A stretch of 64,000 bases of DNA from Myxococcales bacterium (GTDB lineage: Bacteria; Myxococcota_A; Polyangia; Polyangiales; DASUME01). The translations under genes and the position numbers were made by a program. The stretch is taken from assembly GCA_047601445.1 (NCBI GenBank), contig JASGJH010000001.1, positions 2,656,001 to 2,720,000 on the forward strand, written 5' to 3'. A model generated the notes under the pieces. That model made no database searches and had not been told where the DNA came from. It saw only the letters and a program-made list of their open reading frames with translations. This document shows, in pieces, positions 46,295-55,773 of the stretch; within the stretch, counting starts at the first letter, position 1, and each line of letters begins with the position of its first letter.

Positions 46295-47419
46295 ATGAAA
46301 AAAAAAGTGCGTTCGTCGGTCGCTTTACCAGCCGTGACCCCACAGCGGCTGTCCTTGGCTTTGATTCTCTCGCTCGGTGCAGCTCAGGTCGCGCCGTGCT
46401 CCCCCGCGCTTTCGCGCGTCCAAGCCCAGGACGTTGCTGGGACTTCGGCGCAGCCCCCAACCTGGGCCGTGCGCGTGGACCCGAGCAGCCGCTGCGCTTC
46501 GGATCCGCGCTTCGCAGCCGACGTCGCGGAGCCCATCCCGCCCGCGCAGCGAGCGTCCGTCGACAGCGCTGAGTTGGTGGCAGCGGTCACGCTGAGCCGC
46601 GCGAACGGCGGGTTGCACGCGAACATTCAGGTCTACGATCGCGTGCTGCAGAGCCAAGCAGGCGCCCGTGAACTCGACTTACCGCTGGCGAGTTGCCGAG
46701 AGACTGCGGACTCCATCGCGCTGGTGATCGGGGTGCTGGTCGAAGCGGGGCGCACGGCGCCAACGCCCCCCGCGCCGCCGGACGAACCGCCGCCTCCGCC
46801 CCCGCCGCCGCCACCCGAAGAGGAGCCGGAAGAAGAGGAGCCCGAGCAGGTCGCGCCGCCTGAACCCGAGCCAGAGCGGAAACGCTATGCGTGGCTGGGG
46901 CCGAAGGCCGGGCATGACCTTACGATCCAGGCAGGCGTCGGCTGGGGACTTCTGCCGGGGGCCTACGCAGGAGGCACGGTGGGCTGGGGAATCCGGGCAC
47001 CGCGCGTCTGGCCTATCTGGCTCAGCGGCACGGGTTTCTTGCCGAAGGAGTCCGCTGACCACCGCGGGCGGTTTTCGTCTGTCTACGGCGGAATCGCCGT
47101 GTGCCCGGTGCACGCAGAGCGCGGGGCCGTGCGCGGTCAGCTGTGCCCGAGCTTCGCCGCCGGGGCCATTTGGGCGGAGGGCCAACAGCTCGCCAATCAG
47201 CGCGCCAAGACGGCGGCGATCGCCCTGGTGGGCCTCGATTTGAAAGGCGATTTGCGGCTGGCAGGGCCGCTCGCGTTGTCCCTGACTGGGCGCCTGGAGG
47301 TCCCCCTCCTGCGACAAAAGTTCGCCTACAACCAGGTGGGGGGACAGACTGGCGAAATCTACGAGGTGGCCCCGCTCACATTGACGCTGCTGGCCGGGCT
47401 GTCCCTGCTTTTTCGCTGA
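46295..47419 (+). CDS. exported protein with Pro/Glu-rich linker and probable C-terminal beta-barrel
   Basis: Hydrophobic N-terminus, Cys pairs, poly-Pro, amphipathic beta-strand C-terminus ending LSLLFR; upstream of an ECF sigma. Start uncertain. Confidence 0.65.
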   Translation: MKKKVRSSVALPAVTPQRLSLALILSLGAAQVAPCSPALSRVQAQDVAGTSAQPPTWAVRVDPSSRCASDPRFAADVAEPIPPAQRASVDSAELVAAVTLSRANGGLHANIQVYDRVLQSQAGARELDLPLASCRETADSIALVIGVLVEAGRTAPTPPAPPDEPPPPPPPPPPEEEPEEEEPEQVAPPEPEPERKRYAWLGPKAGHDLTIQAGVGWGLLPGAYAGGTVGWGIRAPRVWPIWLSGTGFLPKESADHRGRFSSVYGGIAVCPVHAERGAVRGQLCPSFAAGAIWAEGQQLANQRAKTAAIALVGLDLKGDLRLAGPLALSLTGRLEVPLLRQKFAYNQVGGQTGEIYEVAPLTLTLLAGLSLLFR

Positions 47420-47521
47420 TAATCGCTACCTTGCCGCTCCCACTACACAAACAGACAGACGACGACGGGCCAGGCGCGACTTTCCTGTTCCGCGAAATCT
47501 GCAAAGTTTCGTCGACGCGCG

Positions 47522-48226
47522 GTGTCTCCGCGCGTCTGGTCCCACGAAGAGGTCAGCGTGAACTTGGCGTTTGCATATCCTGTGAAGGAACCGGGCTTGC
47601 CCCCGGCGCAATCGCTGTCGCACGCTGCGCCACTGGAGAGCGCGACCTATGAGTTGCTCTCCGGAGACCGGAAGTTGATGCAGGCAGACAACGACGCGCG
47701 ACCCCTGGAGTTCGACGCGGTAGTGGCCGAGCACGGGCCCTACATCTGGCGCGTGCTGCGGCGTCTCGGCGTGCGCGCGTCGGACATCGAGGATGTCTGG
47801 CAAGAAACTTTCATCGTGGTGCACCGCAAGCTCGGAGGCTTCGAAGGCCGCTCCTCCGTGCGCACCTGGCTTTCGGCGATCGCCGTGCGCGTCGCCAGCG
47901 ACTATCGCAATCGCGCCCATCGTCGCCGTGAACAGGCCACCGAAGAGGTGCCGGACGATCCGGCCGGCGACGTGTTCCAGCGAGTTTCCCAGCATGACGA
48001 GCTGATCGAGCGCGAGCGCCGCGCCCTGCTCGACAAGCTGATCGCCGAGCTCAAGCCCGAGCAACGCGAAGTCATCGTGCTTTACGAGTTCGCCGAGCTT
48101 CCGATGCAGGAAGTCGCGGACGCACTCGGTTGTCCACTTCAAACTGCTTACTCACGCCTGCACGCAGCCCGACGAGCGCTCGAGCAAGCTGCCCGACGTG
48201 AAGCCGCCCGCAGGGGGTCGCCATGA
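47522..48226 (+). CDS. ECF sigma factor (start uncertain, possibly 47558 or 47678)
   Basis: Region 2 (EDVWQETF...FEGRSSVRTWL) and region 4 (EQREVIVL..EVADALGCPLQTAYSRLHAAR). Confidence 0.92.
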   Translation: MSPRVWSHEEVSVNLAFAYPVKEPGLPPAQSLSHAAPLESATYELLSGDRKLMQADNDARPLEFDAVVAEHGPYIWRVLRRLGVRASDIEDVWQETFIVVHRKLGGFEGRSSVRTWLSAIAVRVASDYRNRAHRRREQATEEVPDDPAGDVFQRVSQHDELIERERRALLDKLIAELKPEQREVIVLYEFAELPMQEVADALGCPLQTAYSRLHAARRALEQAARREAARRGSP

Positions 48227-49203
48227 CGTACAACACTGATCCGAGCCGCTGGACCGATTCATTAGCCGAAGCCCCCGAGGCGCTTCGTGCGCCCTTCGCC
48301 GCAGCCCGCAACGAGGGCCCGAGCGACCTGCAGATGAGGGCCCTGGCCCTCAAGCTCGCAGCGCTTTCTGCCGGTACGGCGGCGGCGGCTTCGGCGGCTA
48401 CCGCAAAGGCAGCCGCAGGTACCACGGCAGGTGGTGCGGGAGCGGCGGCAACGGCCGGCGGCCTATCGATGGCCAAGGTGGCCATCTCGGTGGCACTGTT
48501 CGGAGCCACCGTGACGGGCGCCGTCGTATGGCAGGGCAAGGTCTCGGTTCGACAGGGTGCCCAGAAGGCGCCGGTGGTCCAGGTTGCCCCCTCCGCCGAA
48601 CAGGTGTCGGCGCCGAGCGTGGGCCCTGCTGCGGCGCCGAGCGCTGCGGTACGACAAAACGCGGCTCCCCAGGTCACGCAGCGCGCCTCGACCGAGGTCG
48701 AGCAGCCCAGCGTGGCCGTCCAGGCAGCGAACGAGGTACCGCCGGCCAGCGAGAAGCTGGGCGTGACCAGCCCCAACGACGAGCCCCAGGCCGTCAGCTC
48801 CAGCGTTCGCTCCTCGTCCTCGAGCGTGCGCGGCAGTCGCGCCCGCTCGAGTGCGTCCAGTTCGAGCACCGCCAGTGCGGCGACCGCTGCCGCCAAGCAA
48901 ACTAGCGCTGCGAGTCAGTCCGAACGTACCGAGAGCGTGGCGCGCGCCCCCGAGGTCGACTTGCTGCGCCGTGCCCGCGCTGCGCTGCAGAGCCGTCCGC
49001 GTGAGGCCTTTGCCATCACGCAGGAACACCGCGCTCTCTACCCCACGGGCGTGTTCGCCCAGGAGCGCGACGCGCTGGCCATCGAGGCCCTGATGCGGGC
49101 CGGCGAGATGAGCACCGCGCGCACCTTGGCTGAACGCTTCGTGCGCGAGCACCCGAGCTCTCCGCACGCGCACCGCTTCATCGAGACCATGAATCTCCGC
49201 TGA
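48223..49203 (+). CDS. putative membrane-anchored anti-sigma factor with C-terminal helical (TPR-like) domain
   Basis: ATGA overlap with the sigma gene; single TM; Ser/Ala linker; EVDLLRRARAAL...YPTGVFAQER...HPSSPH. Confidence 0.7.
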   Translation: MTYNTDPSRWTDSLAEAPEALRAPFAAARNEGPSDLQMRALALKLAALSAGTAAAASAATAKAAAGTTAGGAGAAATAGGLSMAKVAISVALFGATVTGAVVWQGKVSVRQGAQKAPVVQVAPSAEQVSAPSVGPAAAPSAAVRQNAAPQVTQRASTEVEQPSVAVQAANEVPPASEKLGVTSPNDEPQAVSSSVRSSSSSVRGSRARSSASSSSTASAATAAAKQTSAASQSERTESVARAPEVDLLRRARAALQSRPREAFAITQEHRALYPTGVFAQERDALAIEALMRAGEMSTARTLAERFVREHPSSPHAHRFIETMNLR

Positions 49204-49243
49204 GAGCCGCTCCCAAGCGAGCCTCCCGAGCGAGCCCTTCCGG

Positions 49244-50715
49244 TTACTGCCAGAAGGGCTCGGTCTTTTAAAGACGTCCCAACGCTGCTCGAGATCGCTC
49301 GTCGCGCGCAGCACCATGGCATCGAGCGGGGCACGTACATGGGTTCGCAGGTTCGCCCTCACTCGGCGATCCTCGACCTGCTTGAGGTGGCGCGCCAGGA
49401 GGCGCTCGCTGACGTAGGCATCCTGGATCTGCCCGAGCACCTCCTGCAACGCGGTCAGACGACGCATGAAGTGCTTCGTCCTTTGCTTGGCGAACGCATC
49501 GCGCACGAAGTCACTGGCGTAGCGCAGCTTCTTCAGCTGTTTGCGCAGCGCGTGCAGGGCGCTCGCCCGGGCCGTACCGCCCTGTCCACGCCCAAGGAAG
49601 TCGTCCACCGCCGCTTCCAGACGCTTGATCTTACGCAGCCGCTTGTCGAGGTGCTTGCGTGCGAAGGGCTTGAGCTTCTCGTGCGCCTGCTCCGCACGGC
49701 GAGCGAGCTCCGCCTGCTGCTCCGCCAGCTTGGTCACCAGGCGCTCGAAGCGACGAGAATCGAGCGCGAGCAAGAGCTCGTCGTGCAGGGCCTGCCGGCG
49801 CCGTTCGATGTCCTTACGCATCGCCGCAAGCCCGCGCGCCGAGTCGAGCGGCGAGAGCACGTCCTGCAGCACCACGTCGTACTCACGCAGCGGACCGAGC
49901 ACCCCGGACAACCAGTGCAGTTCCTTCTCCAGATGCGCCTCCGCGGCCTCCCCCAAGACGCCCTCGAACAAGCCCAGCGCGGTTCGCAAACGCCGCACCC
50001 CGACCCGCATTTGGTGGAGGTACTCGGGATCGTTGCCTTGGCGGGCGCCGCTGGCGTTCTCCCGGAGCTGGGCGCTGGCGGTCTCGAACACCAGCAGCGC
50101 CGTGCTGGCCAGCTTGGGCTTGGACGGAAGATCGATGTCGAGCGCCTTGCTCGGGGCTCGGCGCATACGGGCACCCGCCACCAGCTCCTTGGGCGTGACG
50201 AGCGAGACCAGGCGTCCCTCGACCCCGCGCAGATTGGACCTGGCAAAGGCGGTGGCGAAGGGTGCCTCCAGCTCGAGTACGCAGAGACCGGCGGTAGGGA
50301 ACTTCTCCATGAGCTGTGCGCGCAACGCGGGGTCGCCCTTGGTCGCGATGGCGAGCGCGAGGGCCTCGAGGGAGGGATTGTGGCCGACCAACAACACCGT
50401 CTTGGCCCGGGCCGGCACCTGCTTGAGACACAGCGTGAGCTCCTCCTGGCTAGGCATGTAGAGCTCGCGCGCCACGCGTACCCCGAAGCGGGGCTCCACA
50501 CGCTTCTCGACCTGAGCCCAGGTCTGCTGGGCCCGCAGCGCGCTCGAGCACAGCACCAGGTCGATACCGCCCCCGTTCTCCGTGAGCTCCTGGAGATGCT
50601 GGGCCACGCGGCGTGCGTCCTCACGCCCGCGCGCCGCGAGAGGACGCTCGTGATCCTCGATGGACGGGTCGGACCAGCTCGATTTGGCGTGCCGCAACAG
50701 CAAAAGACGCCTCAT
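49244..50715 (-). CDS. SixA-type phosphohistidine phosphatase fused to a CHAD domain (1-nt deletion near 3' end as sequenced)
   Basis: RHAKS, SSALRAQQT and VGHNP; CHAD motifs LHQMRVGVRRLR, LHALRKQLKKLRY and LQEVLG..QD. One extra A at 49266-49269 gives the C-terminus KKTEPFWQ*. Confidence 0.85.
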
Positions 50716-50727
50716 GGGCGCACCTCG

Positions 50728-51600
50728 TCAGCGAAAGCGGGTGATCACGTCTTGTGCGAAGCGCTCGATGCCATCGCGCGTTTGGTCGAGCGTGGGGTTC
50801 ATGCCGTGACCATAGAAAATCCAGGGTTGGACGATGATCTCCGTGGCGCCGATCTCTTCGAGCTCACGGTAGCCGTCCACCCCGAACGCATCCATGCACA
50901 CCACCGAGATCTCGAACGGCTCGTGCTCACGTCCGAACTCGGCCCGCAGCTCGCGCAAGCTCTTGATGTAGCCGCGCAGCTCGGCCTTGGTCACCATGGC
51001 GCTCGTCCAACCATCACCGTACTTCGCCGCGCGCCGCAGCGCCGCGGGTGTGTGCCCACCGATGATGAACGGGACCTTCTCGGTCGGTACCGGAGACATG
51101 CGCAGTCGATCGAACGAGTAGTGCTTGCCATGGTACTCGACGAACTCGCCCGAGAGACACAGGCGAATCACTTCGAGCGCCTCGTTGGTTCGCGGCCCAC
51201 GCGTCGCATATTCCGTGTGGCACCAGGCGAACTCCTCGGGGATCCAGCCGAGGCCCGCACCGAAGGCCACGCGGTTGCCGGAGAGCGCGGCGGCCGACGA
51301 CAGGGTCTTCGCCACCAAGAGCGGGTTACGGATCGCGAGCTTGAGTACGTGGGGGTAGAAACGAATGCGCTTGGTCACGGCCGCCATGGCGGGGATCGCC
51401 ACCCACGGATCGACGAACGGGGTATCGGAGGGCCAGAAGCGCTGGCCGTCGGACGTGTAGGGATAGGGAGCGGACACCTTCTCCGGATGGAACACCGAGT
51501 CGGGCACCACGATGGTGTCGTAGCCCTGCTCCTCGGCGCAGACCGCCATGGGAAGGAAGTGATCGGCGGGTCGCATGGCGACGGCGAGTGCAAACTTCAT
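50728..51600 (-). CDS. LLM-class oxidoreductase, probably F420-dependent (Rv2161c/TIGR03619-like)
   Basis: YPY, DPWV..MAAVT, RNPLLVAK, LSGNR..GAGLGW..EEF, RRAAKYGDGW. Confidence 0.8.
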   Translation of the reverse strand: MKFALAVAMRPADHFLPMAVCAEEQGYDTIVVPDSVFHPEKVSAPYPYTSDGQRFWPSDTPFVDPWVAIPAMAAVTKRIRFYPHVLKLAIRNPLLVAKTLSSAAALSGNRVAFGAGLGWIPEEFAWCHTEYATRGPRTNEALEVIRLCLSGEFVEYHGKHYSFDRLRMSPVPTEKVPFIIGGHTPAALRRAAKYGDGWTSAMVTKAELRGYIKSLRELRAEFGREHEPFEISVVCMDAFGVDGYRELEEIGATEIIVQPWIFYGHGMNPTLDQTRDGIERFAQDVITRFR

Positions 51601-51613
51601 CGGTACCTCGATC

Positions 51614-52276
51614 TCACTTGGTCGGAACGACGGGAAATTGGCTGAAACGCTCGGGCGGCGTGGGCACGCAGGCGCCCTGAACGAGGGAGCTCTGGATGTC
51701 GTCGCGGGTGCCCACGTAGAGCGTATTCATGGCGCGCTCGCCCAGCAGTAGCACCACGTCCATCACACCGACCAACCCGCGCAGCCACGAAAAGCGCCGC
51801 GTGGGGAGCTGCCCGGAGTGGACCTCGCAGTCCCACACCCCGCTCACGGGACCATACTCGTCCTGCAACTCCTGGACGCGCGCGCCGAGGGCTTCCATGC
51901 CCGCAAGGTGCTCGGCGAGCTGCACGCGCGCGAGCAGGTGAGTCTCGCGGCTGAAGAGGTAGAGGGCCTGTCCGTTCTTCCCTATGGCCTCGTCGAACAC
52001 GTAGAGGCTGGAAGCGTCGGCCTCCGCGTGGCGCTTGGCCTTGGGCCGGACCGTGCGCAGCTGCGCTTCGTCCATGCCCAAAAACACCCCGGAGAGGGGC
52101 CTGGGCATCTGGGCGGCCGAAGCCCACCCCAGGCTCGAGGTGGGCTGGACCGCCGGCGAGGACTCGACCTCTGCCCCCTGCTCCCCCGCTGGACGCGGGG
52201 AAACCACGCGGAATAGCAGCAACAGGAGCACCAAAAGTACCCCGCCCCCGATGGCCAGCGCGCCCCAGCGACCCAT
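51614..52276 (-). CDS. hypothetical protein with an N-terminal membrane anchor
   Basis: TM segment ALAIGGGVLLVLLLLLF; GC3-biased codons; 13 nt from the next gene. Confidence 0.65.
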   Translation of the reverse strand: MGRWGALAIGGGVLLVLLLLLFRVVSPRPAGEQGAEVESSPAVQPTSSLGWASAAQMPRPLSGVFLGMDEAQLRTVRPKAKRHAEADASSLYVFDEAIGKNGQALYLFSRETHLLARVQLAEHLAGMEALGARVQELQDEYGPVSGVWDCEVHSGQLPTRRFSWLRGLVGVMDVVLLLGERAMNTLYVGTRDDIQSSLVQGACVPTPPERFSQFPVVPTK

Positions 52277-52345
52277 GGCCCTCACTCTAGCGTTGAACGC
52301 AGGCCCGCGGTGTTGCAGAACTGCGGCCCGACAGGAGTACTGGGC

Positions 52346-52864
52346 ATGGCGAAGGCGAAGGACAACGAGCTGCATAAATCAGGTACGCCCGTGGTGGGAA
52401 TCCTCACCGGGAGTCCGAGCGATCTGGACGTGGTGAAGAAGGCCGAAGACACGCTTCACAGCCTCGGGATCCCCTGCGAGCTGTTCGTGCTCTCGGCGCA
52501 CCGCACGCCCGAGCTCACGGTGCGTTACGTCAAGGAAGCCGAGACACGTGGACTCGAAGTGATCATCGCCTGCGCGGGCATGGCGGCCCATCTCGCGGGC
52601 GTGGTCGCGGCGCACACGTTCTTGCCGGTCATCGGCGTGCCGCTCAAGTCGAGCCTCGACGGCATGGACGCGCTGTTGTCCACCGTGCAGATGCCGCCCG
52701 GCATCCCGGTGGCCACGGTGGGCATCGACGGTTCGAAGAACGCGGCCTACCTCGCAGCGCGCATCCTGGCCCGCAAGTACCCAGAGATCACGGAGCGCTT
52801 GCAGGAAGATCTGGCGCAGCAGCAGACCCGCTACGACAATCCATTCGCCGAAAAGAAGAAGTAG
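52346..52864 (+). CDS. purE: N5-CAIR mutase
   Basis: [37 protein letters not shown]. Confidence 0.96.
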   Translation: MAKAKDNELHKSGTPVVGILTGSPSDLDVVKKAEDTLHSLGIPCELFVLSAHRTPELTVRYVKEAETRGLEVIIACAGMAAHLAGVVAAHTFLPVIGVPLKSSLDGMDALLSTVQMPPGIPVATVGIDGSKNAAYLAARILARKYPEITERLQEDLAQQQTRYDNPFAEKKK

Positions 52865-52867
52865 TTT

Positions 52868-53764
52868 TCAGCCCTCGAGCAGCGCTCGCAGGCACTCCGC
52901 AAGTGTGGGGTGTTCGAAGCGAAATGCGCTGCCGAGGAGTTGCTTGGGCAACACGCGCTGGCCGGCCAAGAGGGCGACCTCGGCCAGCTCTCCGATCGCT
53001 AGCCGGGCCGCAAAGCCGGGCACCGCGAAGAAGGCTGGGCGCCCGAGCGCTGCCGCCAGCTCGCGGGTGAACTCGGCGTTGGTGGCCGGCATGGGCGCCG
53101 TCAGATTGACTGGTCCGCGCAGATCCGAGCGATCGAGCGCGTGGATCAGGGCGCGCACGGTGTCCGCCAGTGAGATCCAGCTCATGTATTGCTGACCGGA
53201 GCCGAGCTTTCCGCCCAGGCCGAGCTTGAACACCGGAAGCAGCTTGGCGAGCGCACCACCGCTCGGGTGCAAGACGACGCCGGTGCGCGGATGCACCACG
53301 CGGAGCACCGCGGCCGCCGGACGCGCGGCGGACTCCCAGGCCACCCCCACGTCCGACAAGAAGTCGTGGCCGACACTGCTGTGTTCGTCGAGTTCCTCGG
53401 CGCCGCGATCGCCGTAGATCCCGATGGCCGATCCGCTGATCCAGACACCCGGCTTGCGCGTGAGACCGAGCAAGGTGCTGGCGAGCAAGCTGGTGCCCTT
53501 GACCCGGCTATCGCGGATGCGCGCCTTGTGGGCCTCGGTCCAGCGCCCGTCGGCAATGCTTTCACCGGCCAAGTGCACCAGCCCGTCGATGCCTTCGAGG
53601 GCCTCGGCGTCGATGCGACCCCGCTCGGGATCCCATTGGATGGCGTCATCGGCCAGCCCGCCCGGACGCACCAACGGTCGCACGCGATCGCCCCGTGAGC
53701 GCAGGGCGCGCACCAGCGCCGAGCCGATAAACCCCGAAGCCCCCGTCACCGCGATCGTGGCCAT
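52868..53764 (-). CDS. TIGR01777/YfcH-family NAD-dependent epimerase-like protein
   Basis: TGASGFIG, HLAGESI..RWT..K..IRDSR, GLGGKLGSGQQYMSWI. Confidence 0.9.
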   Translation of the reverse strand: MATIAVTGASGFIGSALVRALRSRGDRVRPLVRPGGLADDAIQWDPERGRIDAEALEGIDGLVHLAGESIADGRWTEAHKARIRDSRVKGTSLLASTLLGLTRKPGVWISGSAIGIYGDRGAEELDEHSSVGHDFLSDVGVAWESAARPAAAVLRVVHPRTGVVLHPSGGALAKLLPVFKLGLGGKLGSGQQYMSWISLADTVRALIHALDRSDLRGPVNLTAPMPATNAEFTRELAAALGRPAFFAVPGFAARLAIGELAEVALLAGQRVLPKQLLGSAFRFEHPTLAECLRALLEG

Positions 53765-53822
53765 GGCCCTAAGTTTACACAGGCATGGACCCAAGCCCCC
53801 CTGTTCCCTATCCTTGGGCCCG

Positions 53823-55202
53823 ATGGATATCCTTTTTGTGTCGCCGAGCCTTTCCCCCTACCCGGTCGAATCCGGTCCGTCGGAGGCGTGCGCGGCACTT
53901 TCCAAGGCGTTGCGCAGCCTCGGTCATCGGATTTCCATTCTCGCGCCGTACCCGGAGGAACCCGATCCCAACCTGAGCGGACTCGCGCGCCGGCTGGACC
54001 CGATCCGGGTGGACCTGGGATCGCGCGCCGAGGCGGTGCACGTCCACGACGGGCGTTCGGCCGGCGGCGTGGAGTGGATCCTGCTGCAGCACCCTGCACT
54101 CTCGGACCTGTTCGAGATCGATGAGTCGGCGTTGTTCGCGCAGGCCGTCCTGGCGCGTGCCACCGAGCAGCTCCTGGCGCGCGAGCGCGCCTTCGACGCC
54201 GTGCACTTCCACGGCGAGGAAACCGCCCTGGCCGCAGCCCTCGTGGCGAGCACACGGCGCTTTCCCGTGATCTTCAGTGCTTACTCGTTGGCCAACCCGC
54301 TGCGCTTCTCGGCACGTCAAACGCACGCGCTCGGCCTCGAGGCGTTCGCGGACCAGGACGGCACAGTGTGCCCGCTCCTGTGGGCGATCCAGAGCGCGCA
54401 GCGCGTCAGCACGAGCTTGCCCGAACGTGTGCTCGCGAGCGCTCCGAGTGAGGACGACGCCCTGGTGGCCCGCGCACTCAAGGCGCGCGGTGGGGCGCTC
54501 TCTGCAGTTCCCTTCGGGCTCGACTCCGCGCTGTGGAATCCGCTCACGGACGTGCACCTGGTGGCCCGCTACACGCCCCACGATCTCACCGGCAAGGCGC
54601 GCTGCAAGGCCATGTTGCAGCGTGAGCTCAAGCTTGAGATCGATCCCGACGTGGCCCTCCTGGGCGCGGTGGAAAGCGCGTTCGGTGCCGAGCGCATCGA
54701 GCGCATCGCCAAGGACCTGGTGCGCACGGACGTGCAGCTGGTGCTGCAGGTGCTCGACGAAGACGCCGGCTGCATCGACGCCTTGATCGCCCTCAGCGAC
54801 CGCATGCCCCATCGCCTGCAGGTTCGCATCGGCGACAGTCAGCTGCGCACCCACCGCATCGTCTCCGGCAGCGACGCCCTCCTGATCACGAGCGAGCGAC
54901 CCGTGCTGGCGATGGCGGCCCAGCGCTACGGCACCCTGCCCGTGGCGCGCCGCGGCTCGGCCAGCGCCGAGAGCGTGGTGGATATCGACGCCAAGCTCGC
55001 GACTGGCACCGGCATCCTCTACGACGATCGTTCCAGCGAGGCGCTCCTGGCGGGTGCGCGCCGGGCGGTGGCGGCGTTCAATCGGGGTCTACCGTTCGAG
55101 AAACTGCGCACGCGCATGATGCGCACGGACTTCAGCTGGGAGCGCGCAGCCCGCATGTTCGAGCTCATCTACCAGCAAGCCGTCAGCAACGAAGCGGCCT
55201 GA
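53823..55202 (+). CDS. glycogen synthase (GT5) homologue lacking catalytic motifs
   Basis: GlgA scaffold (ILFVS...AL.KAL..LGH, G.D..LWNP.TD, GKA.CK..LQREL, RYGT.PV.R, M..DFSW). KTGGL and EPCG motifs are absent. Confidence 0.8.
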   Translation: MDILFVSPSLSPYPVESGPSEACAALSKALRSLGHRISILAPYPEEPDPNLSGLARRLDPIRVDLGSRAEAVHVHDGRSAGGVEWILLQHPALSDLFEIDESALFAQAVLARATEQLLARERAFDAVHFHGEETALAAALVASTRRFPVIFSAYSLANPLRFSARQTHALGLEAFADQDGTVCPLLWAIQSAQRVSTSLPERVLASAPSEDDALVARALKARGGALSAVPFGLDSALWNPLTDVHLVARYTPHDLTGKARCKAMLQRELKLEIDPDVALLGAVESAFGAERIERIAKDLVRTDVQLVLQVLDEDAGCIDALIALSDRMPHRLQVRIGDSQLRTHRIVSGSDALLITSERPVLAMAAQRYGTLPVARRGSASAESVVDIDAKLATGTGILYDDRSSEALLAGARRAVAAFNRGLPFEKLRTRMMRTDFSWERAARMFELIYQQAVSNEAA

Positions 55203-55233
55203 GCCCGGGGGCGCGCCCTACGAGCGCGCCGCC

Positions 55234-55719
55234 TCAGTCGCGGAAGTTCGTGAACTGCAGATCGATCTGGAGGTCCTTGGCGCGCAGCGCCTGGATCACC
55301 TCCTGCAGCTCGTCCTTCTTCTTGCCGGTTACCCGGACCTGCTCGCCCTGGATCGACGCCTGAACCTTGAACTTCCCGTCCTTGATGAACTGAATGACGT
55401 CCTTGGCCTTCTCCTTGGAGATGCCTTGCTTCAGCTTCACCAGCTGGCGGAAGTGCCCCTTGGCGGCGGGCTCCGGCGTCTGAGGGTCGAGCGCCCGCAC
55501 GCTCACTTTGCGCTTGGCGCACTTCTCGCGCAGGACGCTCAGGGCCGCCTCGAGCCTGTTTTCGCTGTTGGCGCGCAGCATGATGCCGTCTTCGGTGCGC
55601 TCGAGTTCGGTGCTCGTGTCACGGAAGTCGAAGCGCGCCCCAACTTCCTTCTGGGCCTGCTGGAGAGCGTTCTCCAGCTCGTGCGAGTCGATCTCGGACA
55701 CGATGTCGAATGACGGCAT
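55234..55719 (-). CDS. yajQ: YajQ family nucleotide/c-di-GMP-binding protein
   Basis: MPSFDIVSE, RFDF, IQGEQVRVTGKKKDELQ, LQFTNFRD. Confidence 0.95.
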   Translation of the reverse strand: MPSFDIVSEIDSHELENALQQAQKEVGARFDFRDTSTELERTEDGIMLRANSENRLEAALSVLREKCAKRKVSVRALDPQTPEPAAKGHFRQLVKLKQGISKEKAKDVIQFIKDGKFKVQASIQGEQVRVTGKKKDELQEVIQALRAKDLQIDLQFTNFRD

Positions 55720-55773
55720 GGTTCACTCCCTGGCGCACTTGCACGGTCTGACGAGGACGGTCTGGCGAGCCTA

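Noticed and set aside
48463..49243. C-terminal extension of the 750-aa SixA-CHAD ORF
   Set aside because: Product of a 1-nt deletion; antisense to the anti-sigma gene.
49339..51645. 768-aa plus-strand ORF
   Set aside because: Antisense shadow of the SixA-CHAD and LLM genes.
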